Below are positions 26,447-37,400 of a stretch of 64,000 nucleotides of DNA, one piece after another. The stretch lies in IMG/VR virus record IMGVR_UViG_3300029288_000100, positions 32,001-96,000 of that record; one strand, written 5' to 3'. Numbering within the stretch: position 1 is the first letter of the stretch; the number at the start of each line of letters is the position of its first letter. The translations under genes were made by a program, and so were the position numbers. The notes beneath the pieces are model-generated. The model was given only the letters and a program-made list of their open reading frames with translations, was not told the origin of the DNA and searched no databases. This DNA is from a virus. Its lineage: Duplodnaviria; Caudoviricetes.

Positions 26447-27636
26447 GCCTCTGCCTCCTCAAGGGTGGTCCCGGTCAGGTTCACCAGGGACCCGACGACC
26501 GACCCGAGGACCACCTTTCGCACCTTGAAGCGTAGGGCGTAGCCGCGGGTGACGTCATGCTCCACCTCGGTGAACTGCCAGTTGCCAGACAGCCGGGGTC
26601 CGATCCCGGCGATCTCATGCACGTGCCCCTGTCGAACGTCCGGGGTGCCGAGGGCCTCGCCATCGCCCCAGGCGAACTCACGTTCGTGCTGCGCGAACCA
26701 GGCCGCGGCGAAGCGCTTGGCGGCCCCCGGCGAGGCGAACGGCCGCGGCGCCATCACGACCTCGCGCTGCCCGAAGACCGTGAGCGCAACGGTCGGACCG
26801 TTCTTGACGGGTTCGCGCAGCTTGTCCCGCCCGACGGCCGCCGCGAACCGCGTCTTCTCCGCGGTCTTCTTGTGGACCTCGGTGGAGACACGGTAGGTCT
26901 TCCCGGTCTTCGGGTCAGTGTAGGCGAGCTCCACCTTGGTCGCCTGTGAGGGGAAGTCGAAGCGCGGGGAGAAAGAGAACAGCGTGGCGTCCGGTCCCCC
27001 GTAGGTGAAGCATCGCTTCGTGGGCTGGTCCTCGACGTCTGGTGGACCGAAGTATCCGAGCGGGGCGCCCAGCTCCAGGTTGTGGCGCACCGACACCACC
27101 CAGCCGTGCAGCTGCGCGAGCTGCTTGAGGAAGTCCCACCGCGTCTGGCCCCGCTTCTTCACGCGGGTGACGACGTCCTTGGTGTGGACGATGAAGGGCA
27201 TGATGCCCTCCTCGCGGAAGAGCTTCGCGGCGATCTCCGAGTCGCGGAGCTGCCGGAATACCCGGCCGCGGTCACGCTTCTTGACGTCGGGGTCCATGAG
27301 GATGCGAGCTGCCCCGAACGCCTCTACAGTCATCGTCGGCATGCCCGACCGCGGGAAGTTGGGGTTCGGCGCGACAATGGTCCCGCGGTCCATGAAGGTG
27401 AGCGGCCTCCCGGCGTAGCCCAGCCAGAGGTCTACCTTGTTGCCCTCGGCGAATACCCGTTCGTCGAGGAAGCGAAAGCGCTCGTTCAGAACCGTGAGGA
27501 TGATGCGGCTGGGGTCATCCTCGGCCTCACGGAAGCGGACGCCGCCGATGAACTTGGTCACGTCCCCACGGAGCTTGGTCCCTTCGACGGACACGAGGTA
27601 GCGCGGGGCGAGGAACTGGCCGAGCTCGGCGCTCAC
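26443..27636 (-). CDS. Baseplate hub (gpD/gp27-like late control D family)
   Basis: EGNKVDLWLGY, DSEIAAK, TRWDFLKQLA, GIGPRLSGNW...VEH. Confidence 0.85.
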   Translation of the reverse strand: MSAELGQFLAPRYLVSVEGTKLRGDVTKFIGGVRFREAEDDPSRIILTVLNERFRFLDERVFAEGNKVDLWLGYAGRPLTFMDRGTIVAPNPNFPRSGMPTMTVEAFGAARILMDPDVKKRDRGRVFRQLRDSEIAAKLFREEGIMPFIVHTKDVVTRVKKRGQTRWDFLKQLAQLHGWVVSVRHNLELGAPLGYFGPPDVEDQPTKRCFTYGGPDATLFSFSPRFDFPSQATKVELAYTDPKTGKTYRVSTEVHKKTAEKTRFAAAVGRDKLREPVKNGPTVALTVFGQREVVMAPRPFASPGAAKRFAAAWFAQHEREFAWGDGEALGTPDVRQGHVHEIAGIGPRLSGNWQFTEVEHDVTRGYALRFKVRKVVLGSVVGSLVNLTGTTLEEAEA

Positions 27637-28436
27637 ATGCCCTCCTCGCCGGGCAACTCGACAGAGAAGCGGTCCCCACCGCGCTCCTCGATGATCTCGC
27701 GCCGCCGCTGCTCGGCCGCTTCGTACCCCGGTCCGGTCCGAAAGGCGTGGAACCTCGGCTGCATCGGCTGCCGGCGAAGGAAGTCCTCCGGGATCACGTG
27801 CACGCCGTCCCCCCTGCGCAGGTCGGCGAGCGGCATCGACGGGTCGCCGCGTGGGTTGAGCTGCCGGAGCAGGACCCCAAGCTGTGCGTCCCCGTACTCA
27901 TCGAGGGCGATCGACTCGTAGGTGTCGCCACGCTTCGCCCGGCGGACCCGGGTGTGGTGCTCGGGAACACTTGGGTCAGTGGCCTCCCAGCTCACCTCCT
28001 CATAGCGGATCAGCGTGATCGTGAGCGAGACCCCGCGCAGCGACCCGTCCGGCCGGATCTCGTCGTAGCTCACGCCCCCAATGCTTTTCACCAGGCAGTC
28101 CATGGTGAGCGTCGCGGAGGCGCCCCAGGCGAAGGCGCAGACCGGCGGGCGCTCGAGCTCCGTGCTGCAACGCACCAGGTTCTCGAGGGCGACGAGGCGG
28201 TCCTCGACCGAGAAGTCCTCGGCGTCCTGCGCCCACAGGCGCACGCGGAAGGAGACTTCCTCGGCCTCCCCGCGGAGCCACTGGACCACCGGGTGGTCGC
28301 GCCCGACGCTCCCCTCGACGGCGAGCTCCGCGGATACCCCGCGGGACACGTCCTCGGGGGCGAACTGCCCGACCACGTCCACCTTGTGGTCGAGGTCCAT
28401 GAGGATCCAGAGCAGCGGGTTCGTGTTGACCGCCAT
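27633..28436 (-). CDS. Tube initiator with LysM-like domain (gpU/gpX, CIS-tube type)
   Basis: PPVCAFAWG motif; GDTYESIALDEYGD LysM-like segment. Confidence 0.8.
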   Translation of the reverse strand: MAVNTNPLLWILMDLDHKVDVVGQFAPEDVSRGVSAELAVEGSVGRDHPVVQWLRGEAEEVSFRVRLWAQDAEDFSVEDRLVALENLVRCSTELERPPVCAFAWGASATLTMDCLVKSIGGVSYDEIRPDGSLRGVSLTITLIRYEEVSWEATDPSVPEHHTRVRRAKRGDTYESIALDEYGDAQLGVLLRQLNPRGDPSMPLADLRRGDGVHVIPEDFLRRQPMQPRFHAFRTGPGYEAAEQRRREIIEERGGDRFSVELPGEEGM

Positions 28437-28437
28437 C

Positions 28438-31095
28438 TCAGTCCACCCCCGGGAGGAAGCCGCGACGCAGGCGCGTGCGCTGTTGCGGTGAGAGGTTCGC
28501 CCCGTTTCGCGTCATCTCGTCGAGCTGGTGCTGCCCGACGACCTCCGCGATCACCCGCCCGTCGAGGTGGATTTGGTTCACCAGCGTGATGGCTTGGCTC
28601 GAGCCGCTACCCCCACCGCCGCGCGGGGTCGCGCTCGAGATCACATCCGGAACGAACCCACCTCGGGTTTGCGTCGTCAGGGCGTGTGCGAGCTCTTTGC
28701 GGGAGAGCACTACATCGCCGGCGCTCACCCCGAGGTAGCCGCTGGTCAGCACCATGGCGTCGCGCGCGACGCGCGGTGCCCGCTCCGAGACGCTCCCGCC
28801 CGTCTTGGACGCCGCGTGAGCGGCAACTTTCTGCATCATCGCGAAGAAGAGGTCCTTCGTGGCTATTTCGGCGGTGTGCATGGGGTTGAGCTTCGCCGAG
28901 TCACTCGTGAGCGCGCCGAGGTCTTTGGTTGGGCCGGTGAGCCGCGACATGTTGTATGCCTTCGTGGCCTCACCTGGCGTCAGCCCGAGCGATCCGACGA
29001 ACGCCTTGATCCGGGTGTTCGCTTCCTCCTGCGTCTTGGAGACCTTGGCGAACTCGGGCCCCACGTCCGCGAGCACCGCACGGAGCTTCTCAGAGGCGAC
29101 GTAGGACTCCGACCGCCCCGTGAAGCCCCCGCCCTTCTCCGCTGCGCTGACCGCGCCGAGATGGGTGGACACAGGCGCGGCGAAGCCCTTGCCACCTAGC
29201 GTCTGCTCGAGCGTGGTGCTGACGTCACCGCTCTTGAAGTAGCGGACCAGCTCGACGAGCTCACGCATCTTCTCGACCAGGAACCCGATGACCTTGAGCA
29301 GATCACCCAGCGCCCCCCCGACTGTCTTCCCGAACTCCTTCCACGCCTCGCTCGTGCTCTGGACGTTGAACATCTCCTTGAAGAGGAGCCCGAGCTCGTT
29401 CTTAAGCCCCATGAGGCTCATCTTCAGTGCCTGCCAGGCGCCTGACTCTTGGATGCCTTGCCAGACTCCCGCGAAGACGCTGCGGAAGTCGACGAACAGC
29501 GAGGTGAGGAGCAGCACCGCGCCGATCGGCCCCCCGAGGAGGAATGGCAGGCGGAGGAGGGCTACGCCCAGCCCGAGGATCGTTTTCCCGAGTCCGAGGA
29601 AGACACCCACCCCGCTCTTCGCGAGCGTGACGAAGAGTCCGAACCCGGCGACGAGCGGCCCCGTCACCGCCACCAGCGCGGCCGCCGCGATACCGACCTT
29701 GGCTAGGGTGCGCTGCGTGCTGGGCGGTAGGGCGCGGAACCACTCAGCCAGGCGTCCGAACCCGCGTCCCACGGCCTCGATGATCTCGCGGATCCCATCG
29801 AATGCGGACTTGAGCCCGCGGGCCACGTTCAGCATCGCCGGTGACAGCGTCTTCACCTGCGCCTGGAGTTCCTTGGGCATCTTGGAGATGTCGGCACCCT
29901 TGACCACCATGAGCGCGAGCGCGAGGTCCCCCATGACGCCGCTCAGCCCCTTCACGCCCCCGCGTAGCGCTGGCGCCGCCAGCTCGAACAGCTCAATGTT
30001 GACTCCCTCGAGCGCGGACCTGAGGATCTCTGCCTGCCCCTTGAGGCTGTTGAGCTGTAGGTCTGCCATCACCTTCGCGACGTTCGCGGTTGACCCGGCG
30101 AGCTCCTTCTGGGTGTTGCGGAACTCCTTCATCTCCTCGTCGGTCAGGTTGAAGGCCTGCCCGAGGGCGGTTGCCCGCACGCCGAAGATCTTGGCAGCTG
30201 TCTCAACCCGCTTGATCGGGTCCGGGATCTTGCGGATACGGTCCGCCATGAGGAGCATCGCCTCATTCAGCGGGCGGACCTTCCCAGTGCTGTCCTTGAG
30301 CACCTGGTTGATCCCCTCACGGCCCCCGAAGACTGAGAGCACCTCCTTGGTCGGCTTCGCGAGGCGCGTGAGCCCCGCGCGGAGCGCTGTTCCCGCGAGA
30401 GAACCCTTGATGCCGATGTTCGAGAGCACGCCCAGGGCGAGCGCTGTCTCCTTGAGGCTGTAGGTGAACTGCGCGGCTGCGGGCCCGCCGTACTTGAGCC
30501 CCTCCTGCAGGTCCTTCATGGAGGTCGCAGTGCGCGCCGAGACCAGCGCCAAGGTGCCGGCGACCTCGCCCGCCTCCTTCGCCGGGATCTTGAACATGCG
30601 CACGTTGGCCGCGACAATCTCCGCCGCGTCGGCGAGCTTGATCCCCTCCGCCGCGGCTGCCGCCAGCACACCGGGTGTGGCCGCCATCACGTCCTTGGTG
30701 GAGAAGCCGGCGCGGGCCAGCTCCTCCATCGCGTTTGCGGCCTGGGTCGCGGAGAACACCGTGGTGGCGCCGAGGACCTTCGCGAGCGTCCGCATCTCGG
30801 CGGTGGTCTTCCCGGTGACGTCAAGCGAGACGGCTCTCACCCGCTGGAACGCCGCCTCAAAGTTGGCCCCGTCTTTCACCATCAGGGTGAACGCGGCCGC
30901 GACCGGGATGGAGGCCAGGGCGATCCGCTGCAGGTGGCCGCTCATCTGGCGGACGGTCTTTCCGAGACCGGCAAAGCGCGCGCGGAGATCAGCGGCCCGG
31001 GCTCCAACTCGCGTCATCGCAGGTGATGCCTTGTCGACGAACGACAGGATCGCCGCGAGGCCGAACTTGCGCAGCGCGGAACCCGAGCCCGCCAC
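28438..31095 (-). CDS. Tail tape measure protein
   Basis: LGATTVFSATQAANAMEELARAGF, GIKGSLAGTALR; Ala-rich helical sequence with TM segments. Confidence 0.92.
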   Translation of the reverse strand: MAGSGSALRKFGLAAILSFVDKASPAMTRVGARAADLRARFAGLGKTVRQMSGHLQRIALASIPVAAAFTLMVKDGANFEAAFQRVRAVSLDVTGKTTAEMRTLAKVLGATTVFSATQAANAMEELARAGFSTKDVMAATPGVLAAAAAEGIKLADAAEIVAANVRMFKIPAKEAGEVAGTLALVSARTATSMKDLQEGLKYGGPAAAQFTYSLKETALALGVLSNIGIKGSLAGTALRAGLTRLAKPTKEVLSVFGGREGINQVLKDSTGKVRPLNEAMLLMADRIRKIPDPIKRVETAAKIFGVRATALGQAFNLTDEEMKEFRNTQKELAGSTANVAKVMADLQLNSLKGQAEILRSALEGVNIELFELAAPALRGGVKGLSGVMGDLALALMVVKGADISKMPKELQAQVKTLSPAMLNVARGLKSAFDGIREIIEAVGRGFGRLAEWFRALPPSTQRTLAKVGIAAAALVAVTGPLVAGFGLFVTLAKSGVGVFLGLGKTILGLGVALLRLPFLLGGPIGAVLLLTSLFVDFRSVFAGVWQGIQESGAWQALKMSLMGLKNELGLLFKEMFNVQSTSEAWKEFGKTVGGALGDLLKVIGFLVEKMRELVELVRYFKSGDVSTTLEQTLGGKGFAAPVSTHLGAVSAAEKGGGFTGRSESYVASEKLRAVLADVGPEFAKVSKTQEEANTRIKAFVGSLGLTPGEATKAYNMSRLTGPTKDLGALTSDSAKLNPMHTAEIATKDLFFAMMQKVAAHAASKTGGSVSERAPRVARDAMVLTSGYLGVSAGDVVLSRKELAHALTTQTRGGFVPDVISSATPRGGGGSGSSQAITLVNQIHLDGRVIAEVVGQHQLDEMTRNGANLSPQQRTRLRRGFLPGVD

Positions 31096-31098
31096 GTT

Positions 31099-31293
31099 CT
31101 ACCTCCGCCTCGGCTTCACGCGCGCGCGGTCCTTCGCCATCTTCACGAGCCGCTGGAGGGTCCACTCCCGCTTGAGCGGCGTCATCATGCGCACGTCAGC
31201 GCCGCGGTATGCGCCCTCGCTCCCTACGAGGATCGCGAACTCCTCCTCCCAGAGCTGCGCGGCCGCGGTCACGGGGAGGAAGGTCCGAAAAAA
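31099..31293 (-). CDS. -1 frame extension of the tail assembly chaperone (gpGT-like)
   Basis: Open -1 frame after the slippery heptamer T TTT TTC (plus-strand GAAAAAA, 31287-31293); ends just before the tape measure start. Confidence 0.75.
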   Translation of the reverse strand, partial: FFRTFLPVTAAAQLWEEEFAILVGSEGAYRGADVRMMTPLKREWTLQRLVKMAKDRARVKPRRR

Positions 31294-32174
31294 GCCGAGT
31301 AGCTCCAGTCCAGGGGTCGCGTGAACCGGTGGCCGCGCGGGCAGGCGACCTCGAGCTCCATCACTGCCCCCCCGTTGCACTGGTCGATCTCGGCGATGAG
31401 TTGGTTGACCTCGCGCGGGGCCATCGTACGCAGGTGCTCGGAGGTCAGGTAGACCGGCCCCTCCGGCGCGCCCTCGATCGCGACCACCCCGTGCTGCAGC
31501 GTTGCGAGCTTGAACTTGGCCGGGTTCGCGAGCAGGGCCGGGTCACCCGACTCCATGAGCGCCCAACGGAGCGGCCCGACCGTGACGACCTTGCGCCGCT
31601 CCTTCGCGTACTCGACGCCCTCCTCGAGCGTCACCCGGCGCTCCTCGGGTTTCTCGAACGCTTTCACTCGGAGCGTCCGCAGGTCCCCCGCAAACCCCTT
31701 CACCGTCGCGCGGCAGTCCGGGTGACCGCACTTGAGCTCGCCGAGCCGCAGCGCGTGCCCGAGGGCGCCGATACGGATCCAGATGTAGAGGTACAGCACG
31801 TCGGAGAAGAACATGCTGTGCACCAGGAGCCGGCGTTCGCTCCGCTTCATCTTGGTGAGGTCGAGAGAGCCCAGGCTCTTCACCCCGGCGCAGACGACCT
31901 CCGAGATGTAGACGCCCATCGGCATCTCGGGGTTGCTCTCCGCGAGGTGCCCGAGGCTCTCCTCCAGCTCCCAGTCCCACCGCGCGAGCTCGAACTCGCG
32001 GTGGACGATCCCCTTCTGGTCCCGGAACCCGAGGGGTAGGACGCGCCCGACCTGCGCGAGCGTCGGCAGGTCATCCTCGGGGATCTCCCCGTCGAGCTCG
32101 GCGAACTGCTCCGGGATGGGCCCGAGCGACGGGTGGACCAGGTTCTCTCTCTGCTTGTGAACTTGCTCTTGCAT
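31269..32174 (-). CDS. Tail assembly chaperone (gpG-like, T4 gp26-like Zn motifs)
   Basis: Start MQEQVH at 32174 (SD GGAGG); CGHPDC and CPRGH; lies between tube and tape measure. Confidence 0.75.
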   Translation of the reverse strand: MQEQVHKQRENLVHPSLGPIPEQFAELDGEIPEDDLPTLAQVGRVLPLGFRDQKGIVHREFELARWDWELEESLGHLAESNPEMPMGVYISEVVCAGVKSLGSLDLTKMKRSERRLLVHSMFFSDVLYLYIWIRIGALGHALRLGELKCGHPDCRATVKGFAGDLRTLRVKAFEKPEERRVTLEEGVEYAKERRKVVTVGPLRWALMESGDPALLANPAKFKLATLQHGVVAIEGAPEGPVYLTSEHLRTMAPREVNQLIAEIDQCNGGAVMELEVACPRGHRFTRPLDWSYSAFFGPSSP

Positions 32175-32236
32175 CTCCGGTCCTCCAAGTGGGCTGGCGA
32201 AGTCGCCGGCCGTTGTGAGGCGGAAGATGGGGGTCC

Positions 32237-32668
32237 TCACAGGACGAGGATACGGTCGCCCTTGAACCCCCACTCCGTGACGTCCATCTCCCCGTCGTTC
32301 TCCCACTCGAGGTCGGCGCTCTTCGGCTTGAAGGGGAACGTCCCCATCAGCGTGTACGTGCGCGTCTGCAGCCCCGAGAGCGAGTGCTTGACCAGGGTGA
32401 CGGGCTTCTTGTAGGTGGGCACCCCGAGCTGGGCCTCCGTGAACCACGCTTCGAGGAACGCGTCCTCGACCGTGTGGTGCTTGGGGTGCTTCGCGGTGAA
32501 CTCGAACGGCTTCATCTTCCCGCCGCTCGCCACCGTGCCGTCCGGCAGGTCGACGGTGGTCAGCTCGCGCTCGAGCCCGTCCACCGCGACGAGCGAGAGG
32601 GCCACCCCGGCCACGAGGAACTCGTAGTTGTTGACCGGGATGTGGTCGGGCAGCAGAACCTGGATCAT
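32237..32668 (-). CDS. Tail tube protein (gp19-like)
   Basis: 143 aa; VDGLERE, AWF...YKKPVTLV...FPFK; downstream of the sheath. Confidence 0.75.
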   Translation of the reverse strand: MIQVLLPDHIPVNNYEFLVAGVALSLVAVDGLERELTTVDLPDGTVASGGKMKPFEFTAKHPKHHTVEDAFLEAWFTEAQLGVPTYKKPVTLVKHSLSGLQTRTYTLMGTFPFKPKSADLEWENDGEMDVTEWGFKGDRILVL

Positions 32669-32679
32669 CGGAACACCTC

Positions 32680-34050
32680 CTAGGTCAGCACGCAGGAGAG
32701 CTGCTGGCTGCGGACACCGTTCGATTGGGCCGCGATCGCGACCACCTCACCCGCCGCACCCACGGCCGGCGACGTCACGATGATCGTGTCGTCCGCCCAC
32801 TTCGCGGTGGAGGCGTCTCCGGGCTCGTTCGCCGGGAGTGCCTCGAGGCCGCCGATCAGCACCCGGTTCAGGGAGTAATCGCCGAGTCCGCCTGTCATTG
32901 GCGTTGCGGCCACCGCCGCCGTGAAGTTCCCAGCCCCGACCAGGTTCGCACGAACATGCCCGTCCGTCTGAGCTCCGTCGGCGTTGATCGCGGTGGCAAC
33001 GGCAGCACACGTGCTCCCACCCGCGGCCAGCGTGATGACGAGTGCCTTGGTGACCGGGTCGTAGGTCACCCCGAGGGCACCAGCGCCAGCGATCACTTCC
33101 ACCGTGATCCCGCTCTTGCCCGGCTTCAAGGCGAAGAGGTCGAGCTCGACGGCTGCCTCTGTGATCCGCAGCGTGTCGAAGGTCTGCCCCTGGAGAAGGT
33201 TCGTCCCCTTCAGGGTCACATCGCCGCCGGCCGCGAGGAGCGCCGCGGTGTCGAAGTGCACGAGCTCCGGAGCCGTCGCCGCCCGCGCTGCCGGGTTGAT
33301 CAGTGGCAGCGGAAGGCTGGCGAGCCCGTACGACTTGAGCGTTACCGCGAGCTGGTCCTCCGCGTGCCGTGGGGTCGCTTGGCTCGAGAGGTCCGGCACG
33401 GTCACGGAGACCGCGGTGTCAGTCCAGGTCGCCGCCGGGGCGATTCCGGTCGCATGGAGCGGAAGCGCCTCGACCCCGGAAACGAGCGCCTGGTTCCCAG
33501 CGTAGCTGCCGACGCCGCCCGTCATCTCGCGCGAGCTCTGCGCGAGGGTGAAGTTCCCACCGGCTGCGCTGACCGCGCGGATGTGCCCCTTGGTCTGGGC
33601 GCCTGCCGCGTTGATCGCGGTGGCGATCGCGTTGTCAGCACTTCCACCCGCGGCGAGCGTGATCGTCAGCACCTTGGTGGTCGAGTTGTAGGCGATCGCC
33701 AGGGCGCCCACTCCGAGTAGCATGACGACGGTGATCCCGGAGTCACCCGGCTTGAGCGGGTGCAGGTCGAGCTGCGCCGTCCCCTCGGTGAGGCGGAGCG
33801 TGTCGAACGTCTGCCCCTGGAGCAGGTTCCGCCCGCGCAGGACGAGCGTGCCCCCGGAAATGGCGAGCGGGTCGCCGTCCGCCCAGTCGAGCTCCGGGTA
33901 TCCGCTTCGGGCCTCGAGCGCGATGAACTCTGCCGAGACCAAGGCCAGGTACGCGTTGACCGCCTTGACGAACTTGTCACCCTCGCCCGCTCCCCCGAGC
34001 TGCCCGTCGAAATACCCATCCGGGAGCGGCGTGAAAGTCAGCCTTGCCAT
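32680..34050 (-). CDS. Structural protein with a tandem duplicated ~200-aa domain
   Basis: GxNLLQGQTFDTLR...LKPGxSGITV...ATAINAxGAQTxGH...W-D occurs twice. Confidence 0.7.
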   Translation of the reverse strand: MARLTFTPLPDGYFDGQLGGAGEGDKFVKAVNAYLALVSAEFIALEARSGYPELDWADGDPLAISGGTLVLRGRNLLQGQTFDTLRLTEGTAQLDLHPLKPGDSGITVVMLLGVGALAIAYNSTTKVLTITLAAGGSADNAIATAINAAGAQTKGHIRAVSAAGGNFTLAQSSREMTGGVGSYAGNQALVSGVEALPLHATGIAPAATWTDTAVSVTVPDLSSQATPRHAEDQLAVTLKSYGLASLPLPLINPAARAATAPELVHFDTAALLAAGGDVTLKGTNLLQGQTFDTLRITEAAVELDLFALKPGKSGITVEVIAGAGALGVTYDPVTKALVITLAAGGSTCAAVATAINADGAQTDGHVRANLVGAGNFTAAVAATPMTGGLGDYSLNRVLIGGLEALPANEPGDASTAKWADDTIIVTSPAVGAAGEVVAIAAQSNGVRSQQLSCVLT

Positions 34051-34126
34051 CTGGTGCCTCCTTCATTGAGGGGTCGCATGTGCGGCTCCTCGGCTCCCGG
34101 TTCACGGGGAGTGTTGCGCGGCGTCC

Positions 34127-34435
34127 CTACTCGTGCGCCGCGTAGTAGTAGGTGTCGCCCAGGTTGTTGACCGACGCGTCGGTGCCCAGGGAGAAGCCCT
34201 TCTCCTGGAGCGTGATCCCCTGGACCACGACGAGCGTCCGGACGCCGTTCGCCGCGGTCTTGAAGAAAGACGCCGCGGGCATTCCCTCCAGGTGCTCCGC
34301 CTTGTCGATCGCGGTGGTGGACCGGTAGATCTCCAGCTTGCGCGGCTTGAACCCGACCTTGTCACCGATGATGCTGAGCGCGGCGCCCGTCCCGGTGTAG
34401 GCGCCGGTCACGACCCTCGAAGTTCCGCTTGCCAT
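34127..34435 (-). CDS. Small virion structural protein
   Basis: GAYTGTG...VGFKP...GFSLG...N...TYYYAA pattern seen in fibre/decoration domains. Confidence 0.65.
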   Translation of the reverse strand: MASGTSRVVTGAYTGTGAALSIIGDKVGFKPRKLEIYRSTTAIDKAEHLEGMPAASFFKTAANGVRTLVVVQGITLQEKGFSLGTDASVNNLGDTYYYAAHE

Positions 34436-34487
34436 CGTCTTCTGTCCTTTCAGCCGCCACTTCGCGCGACGGCAGTTGGTTTGCTCG

Positions 34488-37400
34488 CTACACGACCGCG
34501 TCGAAGATGCCCGCTTTGCCCACCACCACCCGGAGGCGCTCCGTCGTGTCGGCGAGGCGCAGCGTCAGCTCCGCGTTCTTGTCCCCGGCCGCCCGCGTGG
34601 CGTCCGTGTTGTTCTCGCTGTCGATCTTCAGGTTGACCGCCGCCTTGGGGTCGTCCCCGTTCGCGACGAACTTGTCGCCGCGGAGTGCGCCCTTCTTCCA
34701 CTCGGGGTAGAGGAAGGTGAGAAACGCGGTCTTCGCCCGCTCGTCACTCGACTTGTCGTTGATCGCGAACACGATCCAGTCGAAGTTCTCCCGGAAGAGG
34801 TTCTCGTAGTGGCTCATCAGACAGCGCTGGTGGTACCACTGCCACGCGCTCGTCGGGGACAGCGTGCGGTCCCCCCAGAGAATGACGGTCCCCTGGCGGA
34901 ACTTGATCACGTTGATGCCCTGCGGGTTGAGCTGCTCCTCATTGAGGACGGTCGCGGTCTCCGCGTTGCCCGTCGTCAGCTCGAGGACGTCCGGCAGCGT
35001 GACATCGATGCCGGCCGGCGCCTTGTGGTAGCCGTCGTATTGGCGCGCCACAAGGGCCTCGCGCCCGAGCACCATTCCGACGAGCGGGACGAGCTTGGTC
35101 GAGGACTTCGTCGCGCCGGGCGTGGTCTCCGGGTCGGTCACGTACCCCCACGACGGGAAGTGCGTGCAGCCGTACTCGGAGCGCCCGATCGTGGTGTTGA
35201 TGTAGTCGATCGCGGCCGCCTCGGTGAGGATGTTCGACGGGAACTCGACCTTGTAGCCGAAGTTCCACGCTGCCGAAGCCTCGAGTGCCGCCTTCGTCAC
35301 CGCGGTCGAGCACAGGCCGGGCGTCGCCACCTTCACGAAGCCCTTGTTCTTGCCGAAGATGCGCGTGAGCGCCGACAGGTTCGCGTCGAAGGCGGCCAGA
35401 TAATCCGCGTCCGAGACGGGCGAGGAGTCACACCCACCGCCGAACTCCTGCGGGTAGGCGAGCATGAAGGGCGCGCCGGCCGCGATCGTCCCGCCGTCAG
35501 TGAGGTCGAGCCCCGTCCGCACAGTCACGGAGCTGCGCGTGTTCGAGGCGACGACGAAGGAGAGGTTCGGCTTCGCGACCGCCGAGGGCCAGAGGTGCCA
35601 CCCCTTCGCCTCGTCCGGCTCGAGGGCGAGGATCTGGAGGACAACGGTGTCCCCCTCTGCGAGCACCGTCCCGCCGTTCGTCACGGTGACCACCCCGATC
35701 TCCGGGCCGAGGTCGCACGCCGACCCTGTGAAGGCGGCCTTGTTCACCGTGAGCGGACCGAGGGTCGTGGTCCACACGATCGCCGTCGCGCCCGCCTGGA
35801 CGGTCCCGGTGAGGACCTGGGTCCGCACGCTCGCCCCGCGTGTGAACGTGACGCTCGGGTTCGCGCTCGTCTGCGAGTTCACCGTCACGTCGGGGTCCGG
35901 GAGCGTGAGCGTGAGAGAGGTGAGAACCTTGCTCAGCCCGTAGAGGTTCGCCGGCCGCACCGCCGCGATCGTCTTGTCCCCGGCGTAGAGGTCCTCGGCG
36001 GTGACCTCCGCGTTCGACGGGTCCTTGTTGATGATGGTCACCCAGTAGTTGGGCTTGGTCGGGTCCGTCGACAGGTTGAGCCACTTGTTCACCTCGTCGC
36101 CGTCGACGTAGAGGTGAAGCCCGAACTCCGTGGTCGGGTGTTCCTGGCCGTTCACCACGCGGATGGCGAGGCTCTTCTCGCGCGCGAGCCAGTCCAGGTT
36201 GTCGCGGGAGAGCAGGTAGCGGTTCGCGGGGGTCCCGATCCCGGCGGTCCAGTCCGCGAGGAGATCCTGGTCCGCGGCGACCGAGATCACGCCCGCTGCC
36301 GTGTTCCCGACGATCCTGTAGGTCTTCGTCGAGACCTTCTTCAGCTCGAGCGTGCCGCCGGCCCACTCGTTCTCGACCATCGCGTCGCCGGTGTCGAGGG
36401 TCGTCACCGTGAGGTCGCCCGCGCCGGTGATCTCGTCGAGGTGCGTCTTGCGCTGCCCACCCCACTTCCCGCCGTTCTTCGCGATGAGCCTGCCCAGCAC
36501 CTTGCGACCCGAGGCGAGCGCACCGGTCCCGTCGGACCCCTGGTGCTCCACGTTGTCGAGCCCGAGCTCGTCGTCGAGCGTCGAGGCCGCGATCACCTGG
36601 ATGTAGCTGCTCGCGCCGGCGAGGTTGCTCTCGATGCGGAGGGCGCCCCCGACCGAAGTCACCGCGACGCCGCTCGAGTTGGTCCAGGCTGCCTCGAGGA
36701 TGGTCTCGAGCTCGCCCGCGGTCACCTCGTTGACGTCCGCCACGTTGCTCGCGGTCGTGGCGGTCTCCACGATCGGGAACTGGAGCGCCACGTTGGCGGT
36801 TCCTCCCGTGACCTCGATGTACGAGTCCGTGCCCTTGGTGTCAGAAGTGATGGTGACGCGTGCACCGACCGCGGTGACGGAGACCTGGGCACCGAGGATC
36901 TTCGCTGCGATGACAGCCGCGACTTCCTCTGCCGTCGCCGCTCCGATGTCGACGAACTCCCCGGTGAGGAACGTGATCGTCTGGACGGCCCCGCGGTCGA
37001 TCTTCACGGTCAGGGTCTGCTCGTTGGCGAGCGCGAAGGTCTCGTCAGCCCCGTTCTGGAGGGTCGCCGCGATCGCGGCGATGGTGGCCGTCTGGTTGCC
37101 CGCCCGGTCCACGCTGCCGACAAGTGTTCCACCGTGCTCGAGCGCCCAGGGTCCCGCGACGCCGCCGAGCACCGCAGCCTTCACTGCGGAGGCCGCGCCG
37201 AGCGGCGTGGTCCCCTGGCGGGTGAAGAGCTGCAGCGCCGACTTGACCTCGTCGCCGCCCGTCACCCGCAGGGTGATGAGCTCCCCCGCGCCGCGCCCGA
37301 GCTTGAAGAAGTCAAGAGCCGCGCCGGGCGCGAAGCTCGTCGCGAGGCGGCCGCCGTTCCGGCGCCTGAAGTCCTTCTCACCAGAGAGGAAGCTCGCACG

